NCBI GenBank assembly: GCA_022574655.1
Contig: JACZRQ010000002.1
Span: forward strand, 5,696 to 69,695
Source of the DNA: Chloroflexota bacterium
GTDB lineage: Bacteria; Chloroflexota; Dehalococcoidia; SM23-28-2; RBG-16-64-32
DNA: 64,000 nt
Direction of reading: 5' to 3'
Part shown: positions 19,922 through 28,748 of the stretch, in pieces
How the letters are laid out: each line of letters begins with the position of its first letter
Position numbering within the stretch: the first letter of the stretch is position 1
Notes under the pieces: model-generated
Databases searched by the model: none
Told to the model about the DNA's origin: nothing
The model's input: only the letters and a program-made list of their open reading frames with translations
Translations under genes and position numbers: made by a program

Positions 19922-20806
19922 CTAGACCTTCGGCGCAACCTCACGTGCGAACGTCTCCATGCGCTCCAAGGTTCTCTCGATCGTGCGCCCAGTGAACGTC
20001 ACGAGTACATGCGCCGCCCCAGCGGCTTGGTATTCGCGCAGGTTCTCGATTACTTCAGCCGGCTCAGCACGGGTTAGCGAGTCGTCGGCTAGAACGCTGA
20101 GCGATATCGCGTTGCTGTCACGCCCGTACTCCTTCGCATAGATCCTGACCTTCGCCAGACCCTCGGCCAGAATCTCAGGAGTCCCCGACGCGTGCCAGCA
20201 GTTCGCGTACTTAGCCGCCCTTCGTAACGCGCGATCGCTCCAGCCGCCGATCCAGACCGAAGGTGTCGGCTTCTGCAGCGGCTTCGGGTAGAAGCCCACA
20301 TCGCTCAAGGAGTAGAAGCGCCCCTTGAACTCTGGATTGTCCTGGGTCCAGCAGCTCAAAATAATCTCCAGACCCTCATCTAACCGATCCCCCCTATGGT
20401 CAAATGGGACATTCAGAGCTTCGAATTCTTCCCGCAACCAGCCGGAGCCGACACCGAAGATCAATCGTCCGTTTGACAGGACGTCCAACGTCGCCAGGCT
20501 CTTCGCCGTGAGTCCAGGATTGCGCATCGGCAGCGCCAGGACTGAGGTGCCAAGAGCGATCCGCTCCGTCGCCGCGGCCACGAATGTCAAGAGCGATATC
20601 GCCTCGAGAAACGGCAGATCAGGCGGAAACGGGAACTCGCCGGAAGGGTTCCCGGGGTAGCGGCTAGTGTGGTGCCGTGGCAGTATTACGTGCTCCGCGG
20701 CGAACAGCGAGTGAAAGCCAAGGTCCTCGGCTCGTCGGGAGAACGCTAGATTGGCCTCCCGCGTCGCCAGATGTCCCGCTTGCAACAGGTGAATCCCGAA
20801 TTCCAC
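19922..20806 (-). CDS. LLM-class oxidoreductase, F420-dependent-like subgroup
   Basis: AEDLGFHSLFAAEHV, IALGTSVL, LDVLSNGRLIFGVGSGW and VWIGG motifs. Confidence 0.85.
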   Translation of the reverse strand: MEFGIHLLQAGHLATREANLAFSRRAEDLGFHSLFAAEHVILPRHHTSRYPGNPSGEFPFPPDLPFLEAISLLTFVAAATERIALGTSVLALPMRNPGLTAKSLATLDVLSNGRLIFGVGSGWLREEFEALNVPFDHRGDRLDEGLEIILSCWTQDNPEFKGRFYSLSDVGFYPKPLQKPTPSVWIGGWSDRALRRAAKYANCWHASGTPEILAEGLAKVRIYAKEYGRDSNAISLSVLADDSLTRAEPAEVIENLREYQAAGAAHVLVTFTGRTIERTLERMETFAREVAPKV

Positions 20807-20904
20807 TTAAGACCATCCTAGAGCTGCCATCGGCCTGCTCTGGGCAACGCATTGTCCTCCGTGAGACGCTCGGACAGCCAGTGTTGGAGTCACGGCGGTC
20901 TCGA

Positions 20905-21684
20905 TCACTGGGTCACCGCCAGACTCGGCCTGGTGATCCACGTCCATCCTTCCGAAGGCTGGATGACCGCTACTTGTAGTGGGCCTCCGCAGGATGAAGT
21001 CGACGACTTCTCGAATGCAGCGGCGCCGATCGCAGTATTCAGCAACAACGTTCCTAGATTCAGCGCGTCTTGAATCGGCATTCCGTCGTAGACGGTGGAG
21101 AGCTTCCACTGCTCGTTGAAGACTTGGCTAACGATATCTTGAGACACCCCGAGCCGAAGGAGCTGCTCCGGAATTCTCGCGTCGAAGCCCTCGTACAGGC
21201 GAGGCATGGGGGTGGAGACTCCCCTCCAGACAGACCCGTAGGCCGTCAGATCGCGTACTGGACGCGCCTTCTCTGCGTTCGGGAGCACGAACTCCCACTC
21301 CTCAGCAGAGCGAGCGCCTTCGGAATACCCAGAGACGAAGAACCCAACCTCAGGCTGCTCGCGGCCATCATTCGCCGGATAAGCCTCAGCATACCTAGTC
21401 TTCATGAACTCGCAGAGTGAGTTGGCGAAAGCGCCAACTCGACGCTGGTCGGTGCTCCGACCGAGAAAGCCCACCACGGATTGATCGACCGATCTTGTGC
21501 CGAGGTTGCCGACGCCGAACGCCATGATACCCATCGACTCGCCGACTTGAAACAGCCTGCGGGCGTTGTTGTACGTCTTGGCGATTTCCAACGTTCCGTC
21601 GGAAAGGCGACCAGTGAGCTGGGCTACGCTGTCCGTCCCCAGCACCAGTCCATCTGGAACCTTGACGGTGATACAGATCGACAT
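20905..21684 (-). CDS. Hypothetical protein, proteasome-beta/Ntn-hydrolase-like
   Basis: M-SICITVKVPDGLVLGTDS N-terminus and a C-terminal GGPLQVAVI strand resemble proteasome-type subunits. Confidence 0.6.
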   Translation of the reverse strand: MSICITVKVPDGLVLGTDSVAQLTGRLSDGTLEIAKTYNNARRLFQVGESMGIMAFGVGNLGTRSVDQSVVGFLGRSTDQRRVGAFANSLCEFMKTRYAEAYPANDGREQPEVGFFVSGYSEGARSAEEWEFVLPNAEKARPVRDLTAYGSVWRGVSTPMPRLYEGFDARIPEQLLRLGVSQDIVSQVFNEQWKLSTVYDGMPIQDALNLGTLLLNTAIGAAAFEKSSTSSCGGPLQVAVIQPSEGWTWITRPSLAVTQ

Positions 21685-21741
21685 CTCAACTACCTACCCT
21701 GATACATTATGCAGCAGTCGATGTCCAAAAAGGAGGCTCTG

Positions 21742-22056
21742 ATGATCGTTGAGCTTGCTCGCCTCAAGATAAAGCCCGGTAAGGGCGCAGAAGCCGAACA
21801 AGCACTGAGGGAGATGGCTGAAGCAGTAGAGGCTCAAGAACCGGGCGTGCTCGTCTATCTCAGCCACCGCTCGCAGAAACACCCCAGCGAGATCGTCTTC
21901 TTCGAGATCTACGCCGACGAGGACGCCTACTCTGCTCACTTCGAGACGCCACATATCGTACGCTGGAAGGCGAATCTTGGACCGGTCTTCGATCCCGGCT
22001 CCCTCGAGGTCGAACGAGTTGACCGGGTGACGGGCTTTTCACGCCCGCCCGCCTGA
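21742..22056 (+). CDS. Antibiotic biosynthesis monooxygenase (ABM) family protein
   Basis: LKIKPGK, EPGVLVY, FFEIYADEDAYSAHFETPH. AGGAGG RBS. Confidence 0.88.
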   Translation: MIVELARLKIKPGKGAEAEQALREMAEAVEAQEPGVLVYLSHRSQKHPSEIVFFEIYADEDAYSAHFETPHIVRWKANLGPVFDPGSLEVERVDRVTGFSRPPA

Positions 22057-22084
22057 GAAGCGCTCTATTGGGCCAGCGACACTG

Positions 22085-22843
22085 TTAGATCGAGAGAATT
22101 CCTCCGTCCATAATGTGCTCCGCGCCGGTGCACCATGCTGAGTCGTCAGAGGCGAGGAAGAGTGCGAACTGCGCGAACTCCTCCGCTGTGCCAAACCGTC
22201 CCATCGGGACCTTCGATTCGAGGAACTGTTGCATGCCTTCTTTCGAGTCCATGAACTGTTGAACCATCGGCGTCATGATCGTCCCAGCGCAGATCACGTT
22301 GACGCGGATACCCTGTTTAGCGAACTCGAGAGCCGCAGTCTTCGTGAGGATCACGATGCCGCCCTTCGCTGCGCTATAGGCTGGTAGCTCCGGGAAGCCG
22401 ACTAACCCCGACGTGGAAGCGTTGTTGATTATCGAACCCCCACCGCTTTTCAGCATCGCCGGGATGCCGTATTTCATCCCGAGAAATGTCCCCTTCAGAT
22501 TGATATCGACGACCGCGTCCCAGTTTTCTTCAGTGCACTCGGTTGTCGAGGCGGTATCGCCAACGATGCCGGCGTTGTTGAACAGAACGTGAAGCCCACC
22601 GTAGGTGTCGACGGTCGCTTGCACCATCGCTCGGACGTCTTCCGTCTTGCTTACGTCGGCCTTGACGAATGTCGCGGTGCCTCCGCCGCTGGAGATATCG
22701 TCGGCGACCGTCGGACCTCTCTCTACGTCCCAATCGGACACAACCACCTTGGCACCTTCCGCTGCGAACAGTCGTGCCGTCGCTTCCCCGAGCCCGATCG
22801 CCGCGCCGGTAACCAGAGCGACTTTCCCGTCCAGCTTGCCCAT
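22085..22843 (-). CDS. SDR oxidoreductase (glucose 1-dehydrogenase/cyclopentanol dehydrogenase-like)
   Basis: TGAAIGLG, NNAG and YSAAK motifs. Confidence 0.92.
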   Translation of the reverse strand: MGKLDGKVALVTGAAIGLGEATARLFAAEGAKVVVSDWDVERGPTVADDISSGGGTATFVKADVSKTEDVRAMVQATVDTYGGLHVLFNNAGIVGDTASTTECTEENWDAVVDINLKGTFLGMKYGIPAMLKSGGGSIINNASTSGLVGFPELPAYSAAKGGIVILTKTAALEFAKQGIRVNVICAGTIMTPMVQQFMDSKEGMQQFLESKVPMGRFGTAEEFAQFALFLASDDSAWCTGAEHIMDGGILSI

Positions 22844-23000
22844 GTGCGAACCCTCCTTCACATGTTGGAGCGAGTTTAAACAACGCTGTTGGCTCTGCGC
22901 CCCATCGCTCAAATCAATAGATGACCCCCGACATCACCACGCGGGACCTGCTGTACGACCCCTGCGGCCGCCGGCGTCGAAATTCGCTGAGGTTCGGAGA

Positions 23001-24092
23001 TTAGATCGGGATGACCATCGCATCTTCGCTCGACCACGAAAGAGCCACCGGCTCGCCCAGGGAGGGCCGCTCTTCGGAGGGCACCGAAGCACGAATCATG
23101 GTGCCATTCACCTCGACAACGATCGTTGTCCAGACGCCGCGATATTCTTCCCCCCTCACAACGCCCTTGATGATGTTTGGTGAGTCCGCAGCGGCGCCGG
23201 TCTCACCCTCTTTACTCGCGTCCGCCTCGCTCGAGGCGAGCCTCATGCGATCCGCCGAGATAGCGTATGCAACCGGGCCCGTCAACTGTTTCTCTGATGA
23301 GAGAACCCGACCCCAGACCGAGCCAAGCGGGCAACGTACCTGGACGTTGCTACCGTCGTTGCTCACGACGGTTCCATCAACTACGTTGTTCTGACCGACG
23401 AAGTCGGCGACAAATCGGCCACCGGGATGGTCAGTCAAATCCGTACCTGACCCTATCTGCACGATCTTGCCCTCGTTCATCACAACGATACGATCCGCCA
23501 TCGCCAGGGCCTCTGACTGATTGTGGGTGACGTAGACGAAGGTGATGCCGGAGCGCTGCTGCAGGTCCTTCAGTTCGCTCTGGACAGCGAGCCCGAGAGC
23601 CGCGTCCAGCGAGCCCAGCGGCTCGTCGAGGAGCAATACGGGCGGCTCCAGGACCAGCGCGCGAGCCAGTCCAACGCGCTGTTGCTCGCCACCACTCAGC
23701 TCGTTGGTCCAGCGATCCAGAAAGCGCTCGACCCCTAGGGTTTCCGCGATCTTTTCAACTCGCTTGCGTCGCTCCTTACGCCCAATTCCTCGTTTCGTCA
23801 GGCCGTACTCGATATTCTGTCGGACGTTCAAGTGTGGGAAGAGGACGAACAGCTGCCAGACCATCGGGACGTTCCGTTTGTGGGGAGGAACCCTGGTAAC
23901 GTCGCGGTCGGCGATATAGATAGTGCCCGACGTGGGCTTCTCTAGCCCCGCCACCAGTCGCAGCGTTGTCGATTTACCGGAGCCACTCGGCCCGATGATG
24001 CAGGTAAACTCCGCCTCCCGGATCTCGAGATCTATATCGTCGACGGCTACTACGTCGCCGAACTCCTTACGCAGCTTCTCCAGGCGAATCAT
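23001..24092 (-). CDS. ABC transporter ATP-binding protein (PotA-like, C-terminal TOBE)
   Basis: GPSGSGKS, LSGGEQQ, LLLDEP and YVTHNQ motifs. Confidence 0.95.
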   Translation of the reverse strand: MIRLEKLRKEFGDVVAVDDIDLEIREAEFTCIIGPSGSGKSTTLRLVAGLEKPTSGTIYIADRDVTRVPPHKRNVPMVWQLFVLFPHLNVRQNIEYGLTKRGIGRKERRKRVEKIAETLGVERFLDRWTNELSGGEQQRVGLARALVLEPPVLLLDEPLGSLDAALGLAVQSELKDLQQRSGITFVYVTHNQSEALAMADRIVVMNEGKIVQIGSGTDLTDHPGGRFVADFVGQNNVVDGTVVSNDGSNVQVRCPLGSVWGRVLSSEKQLTGPVAYAISADRMRLASSEADASKEGETGAAADSPNIIKGVVRGEEYRGVWTTIVVEVNGTMIRASVPSEERPSLGEPVALSWSSEDAMVIPI

Positions 24093-24130
24093 GATCTTAT
24101 CGAAGTCTCCAATCGAAAGTGTTCTCCATA

Positions 24131-25918
24131 TTAGCCAATGGGCAGGCGCCTGAACAGCCGACTTGCCAGCCCAAGGAGCTTATAGCCAGGAAGAAACGAG
24201 ACGATCGCCGCAAGAGCGAATATGCCGATGAGTGAGCCGTATACCAGAGCACCGGCGGCGTAGATCTCCGGGGAGCTGTTCATGATCTGCGTGTTAAGGC
24301 TGAATGCCGGCCAAGTGTAGACCACAGCGGTGAGGAAGAAGGTGACGACCGATTCGCCGAAAGAGATACCAGCGGCTACTACGAAGCTGGCTATTATGGC
24401 GGGAATGGCTAACTGAAACGTGGTGTCGAAAATCGCTCGAGGCCGACTGGCGCCTAGATTCGTGGCCGCCTCTTCCAGATGTGGGTCCATCTGCGATAGC
24501 CTGTTGTTGAGGATGAATAAACAGAACACTCCGACGAGGCCAACGTGCGCGATCACTACAGAGTTGAGACCTCCCCAGATCCCGAGTTCCACGAAATACA
24601 CCAGCAGGCCTAGGCTGAGCACAAGCGGTGGTGTCACGGCCGGGGCCACGACGATCATAGTGTAGGGGAGAACCCATCCCGGCCTAAAACGGGCGAGGTA
24701 ATAGGCAGCCAGCCCACCCATGATGGTGCCTATGGTCCCTACAGCCAGCGAAACTTTAACGCTGTTCTGGATCGACGTGAGCATGCCTTCGTCATGGAAC
24801 AGGCGGTCGTACCACTTGGTCGAGAACTCAGCGATGGGCCAGACTGGAATCCCACCGTCGTGAAAGCCATATAAGATTAGCGACATCACAGGGATCGTCA
24901 CGAAAAAGAGCCCAGCCACGATCAAGGCACGCCAGAACCAAGCTGTTATCCCGCTGCTTTCGAATGTGGTCGCCGCACCTTGTGCCGTGCCTGTGAGGCT
25001 GACCCTACCCATGATGCGGAACGAGACCAGAATGACGATTAGGACGGTTAAGAGCATCGCGACCGAAACTGCAGCGGCAGCCGGCGTATTCCCAGCCTGG
25101 TTTTGCTGATCGGCAACAACGGTAGCTATCGTCCTGACGGATCCCAGCAGTCGCGCCGAGAGCAAATCCGAAAAGGTCAATACGAAGGTCAGCATCCCTG
25201 CCATCACGATTCCCGGCTTACTCAAGCGTACGACCACGTCAAAGAAGACTCCCCAGGCGGAGGCGCCGAGATTGGATGCGGCCTCCAGAAGTCTGCGATC
25301 TATCGTGTTAAGTCCTAGCACATACATTAGGAGCGCGGTGATCGGCCAGAGGTAAGCCAGCATGGAGATATGCACCGCCTGCGCCGTTCGAGAGAACGCG
25401 GGTATCACGGGAGTAATGCCATATGTAAAGTTGCTCAGGTCTTGAGAGACCTGATGAAAGATCCCTCGCTGTGCGAGTACCGGCTGCCAGGAATAGACCT
25501 GCAACAGGTAGCTTACGAAGAACGGCATCATCGTGAGGGCCATGATCCCGAACTGCATCCGACGACTGCCGCCATGGAACGCGACCGCATACGCATAGGG
25601 GAATACGACAAGAAGAACTATCACCGTCTGAATCGTCGCGAGCTTGAGAGTGAACCACCAGATGTCAAAGAACTGGCGGGTGAAGACGTGGTTCTCCCAG
25701 GCGCCGAGAGTCAGGTCGGAGCGGGTACCGTGCACTCCCGCCTCCGTGGCGAAGAACGTGAAGAAGCTCTCGCGGACGAGGAAGAAGATCGGAACGAGAA
25801 AAAAGGCTACGGCCCAGAACAGAAGTGGTAAGACCAATACCCACATCGGTATACTGAACCGCTGCAGGAACGCCGGCACTCGCAAGCGTGCAGCGAAAGA
25901 GCTTCCGGAGTCAGCCAT
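24131..25918 (-). CDS. Fused double ABC permease (PotB-like plus PotC-like)
   Basis: Two EAA loops (LLEAASNLGAS and LEEAATNLGAS) in one 595-aa open frame. Confidence 0.88.
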   Translation of the reverse strand: MADSGSSFAARLRVPAFLQRFSIPMWVLVLPLLFWAVAFFLVPIFFLVRESFFTFFATEAGVHGTRSDLTLGAWENHVFTRQFFDIWWFTLKLATIQTVIVLLVVFPYAYAVAFHGGSRRMQFGIMALTMMPFFVSYLLQVYSWQPVLAQRGIFHQVSQDLSNFTYGITPVIPAFSRTAQAVHISMLAYLWPITALLMYVLGLNTIDRRLLEAASNLGASAWGVFFDVVVRLSKPGIVMAGMLTFVLTFSDLLSARLLGSVRTIATVVADQQNQAGNTPAAAAVSVAMLLTVLIVILVSFRIMGRVSLTGTAQGAATTFESSGITAWFWRALIVAGLFFVTIPVMSLILYGFHDGGIPVWPIAEFSTKWYDRLFHDEGMLTSIQNSVKVSLAVGTIGTIMGGLAAYYLARFRPGWVLPYTMIVVAPAVTPPLVLSLGLLVYFVELGIWGGLNSVVIAHVGLVGVFCLFILNNRLSQMDPHLEEAATNLGASRPRAIFDTTFQLAIPAIIASFVVAAGISFGESVVTFFLTAVVYTWPAFSLNTQIMNSSPEIYAAGALVYGSLIGIFALAAIVSFLPGYKLLGLASRLFRRLPIG

Positions 25919-26019
25919 CGTCTACATTACGTCCTTATACGCGTGCGGGGCGAGGCTTTGAAGCCTCGCCCCGCGTCTGCTCTAGTCAACGTCGGCAGTC
26001 TTCTTCGGCCGTCGTCGAT

Positions 26020-27243
26020 CTATCCGATCGCCGTCTGGAACTCTGCCCATGCCTCGACCCACTTGTCCCTGGTCGGGTTGATCGGGGTGACCCAGTCAAC
26101 CAGGTTCCAGTTCGTGTCGCCGATCTTGGGCTCGACAACCTGCGTCTCCTCGTTGAGGAGGTACGGCCACGCGTCGTGCCAGGACCCGTGAACCAGCGGC
26201 CAAGCATCCGCAGCGGCCGGCGGAGTGGACCAGGCGTCCTTCATAGTTACGTTGGCCATGCTCTGCGGTTCCAGCAGCGCGAGCGCGAACTCTACCGCCC
26301 GCTCCGGGTTGTTGGAGCCCGCCATCAACGAGAATCCCTCGGAAGGTGTGAGCACACCGGACTTGCCGAAGAACGTGGCGGCGGGAATTCCCTGCGCCTT
26401 GAGCCGCGGCATGCCTGCGCCGCCGTTCATCGACCCGAGGATATCGGCCGTTCCGTCGGCGAGCGCCTTGATGCCTTCGCCGTAGGACGCCACCATGAAC
26501 CCCTGATCCGCGGCCGCAATCATCCGGTCCTTCATGTTCTGGAACTCGGCGTCGGTCACGTCGAACGGGTTCAACCCCTCCAGGAAACCGAATAGCGGTA
26601 TCGTCTGCACAGGGTCGTTCCAGAACGCGACCCTGCCCTTGTACTTATCCTCGTATATGAGCTCGTAGCCCTTGTCCAGCCACTCATCCGTAGATACCGT
26701 GCCGCCGTTGTGAATGAGCCCCTGGTATTCCGTGTGAATCCGGGCGTACATGACGTCGCCGTCGTAGACCTCGGGGCCCCTTGTGCGCTCCGCGGATGGT
26801 TGGGACCACGCGTCCAGCCGGCTGAGGTCGAATACTGCGGGGTCCAGGGGCAGGAGGGCACCGGATTCCACGAGAGTGGGTGTTCCTTCGTGGTTGTAGA
26901 ATCCGGCGATGTCATAGGTGCCGGACGGAGCGCCGGCGATCAGCTCGTTCAACTCCACCATGCTGGCGACACCCTTGTACTGGATGTCGAGGTTCAACCT
27001 GGCGTTGATGGGATCGACCCAGATCGGCGATTGAGCGCCGCCCCAGCCGATCATGTTCATGGTTACGGTCTCTTTAGTCGTATCCGGCGCATCCGTAGGT
27101 CCACCGTCAGGTGCGTCCGTCGGTGTCGTCGTTTCGTCATCGTCGCCGCAGGCCACGACCATTCCCATGCCACCGATGGTGGCTGCAAGACCAAGTCCGG
27201 CACCGGACTTTAATAGCTGTCTGCGTGAGATCTTCTTACTCAT
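26020..27243 (-). CDS. PotD/PotF-family solute-binding lipoprotein with Tat signal
   Basis: SRRQLLK twin-arginine motif, VVA-C lipobox, PTDAPD linker repeat, SEGFSLMAGSNNPE and a PotD-like C-terminus. Confidence 0.85.
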   Translation of the reverse strand: MSKKISRRQLLKSGAGLGLAATIGGMGMVVACGDDDETTTPTDAPDGGPTDAPDTTKETVTMNMIGWGGAQSPIWVDPINARLNLDIQYKGVASMVELNELIAGAPSGTYDIAGFYNHEGTPTLVESGALLPLDPAVFDLSRLDAWSQPSAERTRGPEVYDGDVMYARIHTEYQGLIHNGGTVSTDEWLDKGYELIYEDKYKGRVAFWNDPVQTIPLFGFLEGLNPFDVTDAEFQNMKDRMIAAADQGFMVASYGEGIKALADGTADILGSMNGGAGMPRLKAQGIPAATFFGKSGVLTPSEGFSLMAGSNNPERAVEFALALLEPQSMANVTMKDAWSTPPAAADAWPLVHGSWHDAWPYLLNEETQVVEPKIGDTNWNLVDWVTPINPTRDKWVEAWAEFQTAIG

Positions 27244-27387
27244 TGCGATTTCACTCCCTTGCTAGACGTAGGTTAGGGGTAATATCCGCTAGTGGAGTAG
27301 TTGTGGGGCTCACCATTCACCAACGGACGAGTGCACAACCCGTCCGGGTTAAGTTGCACATTAATCGGACCTCACTTTCACAACACT

Positions 27388-27469
27388 ACCGACGAGTCGG
27401 TAGCGAATCTTCTATCCTACCGTTCGGTCGAGATTCTAGATTCTAGTTACCGTTGAAGGTGTATGTCAA
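27388..27469 (-). promoter_or_regulatory. Sigma70 promoter of the ABC operon with downstream operator-like palindrome
   Basis: Minus strand TTGACA (27469-64), N18, TAGAAT (27445-40). Palindrome CTACCGAC-GA-GTCGGTAG spans 27386-27403. Confidence 0.72.
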
Positions 27470-27726
27470 GGGACTTTTCCAGGTCTCTAATCAAGAAGGC
27501 CGCACCTGATGGGAGAATCCAGGAAGGGCGGCCTTGATTACGACTATTGTTCGTGCGTGTAGAGCCGACGTTCGATGGATGACGCTGTAAGAGGCGGTCC
27601 CCTTCTCTCTGCCAACCGGTCGGTCGTACGTTGACTGCTCGATTGGTGTTGATTATGATTGGCGGCGTGTTGAGCCTCACGCACTAGGCTCGTAGTCAGC
27701 CCATCTAGAACAGCAGGAGGTACCAG

Positions 27727-28707
27727 ATGGCGTACAACGAAGGCGACGACTTCGCGACGCACTTCACAAAGGACGATGAGAATCCTAACGAGGAACCCGA
27801 TAACGCCTACCAGGAGAGCGTTTATATCAGTTTCGTAGACAACGAAAAGGGCATCGGCGGCGTATGGCGCATCGGACTGGAGCACAACCAGGACAAGGCG
27901 AACGTTTGCGCCACTCTCTGGCGCGAAGGTTCGACCTCCTACAACTACTTCTATCGCCATCACCCTAAGCCCAAGGCTGACTGGAGCAACATGCAGGCAG
28001 GCCCCTTGACGATCAAAGTCGTTGAGCCCTGGAAGAAGATTCACGCGGTTCTGAAAGACGATGAGGCAGGGCTCGAGGTGGAGCTGGAATGGAACGCCAG
28101 GACCCCGGCCTTCGACTTCAAGAAAGATGTTCCAGAGCAGCTAATCGGAGCCTTCCGGGAACATTATCAGCAGTTCGGCGACTTCGAAGCGAAGGTGAAG
28201 TGGGGCAGCGAGAAGTTCGATATCTCTGGTACGTGCTTTCGAGACCACTCGTGGGGCGTCCGCGAGTGGGAGCGAGGCTGGAAGTTCGTTATCACCGGTG
28301 GCGTGCTTCGCGACAAGGACCTGTTTTACGTGATGATGGGGCATCGCCAGGGAAGGATGAACGGCGAGGGTGTTGTGCTCACGCATTTCGACCCAGACAA
28401 GGACACTCGTGTAAAATTCCACATCTCCGACTTCCGTGCCGTGTTCGATCCGCCGCCGATCGTCGCCGCGCAGTCATACGTCCTGCACACGCCCGACCGC
28501 GATTTCAGGGTCTGGGGCAGAGCGGTCGCTCCGACGCTCGTCATGCCGTTCGGCAAGGCGCACTTTACGACTGCGCTCTATAAGTGGGACGTGGACGGCG
28601 AGACGGTGTACGGGATCACCGACAACTTCGCCGGCCACCATTTCTCCCACAACTCGTATCCGTTCCCGACACAGGGTGGGGATGGTTCAACAGGCGCAGC
28701 TCTTTAG
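27727..28707 (+). CDS. Hypothetical beta-barrel protein (AttH/CrtC/tocopherol-cyclase-like, RDHSWG motif), paralog 1
   Basis: QESVYISF, HYQQFG and RDHSWGVREW motifs. AGGAGG RBS. Confidence 0.7.
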   Translation: MAYNEGDDFATHFTKDDENPNEEPDNAYQESVYISFVDNEKGIGGVWRIGLEHNQDKANVCATLWREGSTSYNYFYRHHPKPKADWSNMQAGPLTIKVVEPWKKIHAVLKDDEAGLEVELEWNARTPAFDFKKDVPEQLIGAFREHYQQFGDFEAKVKWGSEKFDISGTCFRDHSWGVREWERGWKFVITGGVLRDKDLFYVMMGHRQGRMNGEGVVLTHFDPDKDTRVKFHISDFRAVFDPPPIVAAQSYVLHTPDRDFRVWGRAVAPTLVMPFGKAHFTTALYKWDVDGETVYGITDNFAGHHFSHNSYPFPTQGGDGSTGAAL

Positions 28708-28748
28708 ATTGTGCCCACCAATCGTCGGAGGACTATCGCAACGGCGCG

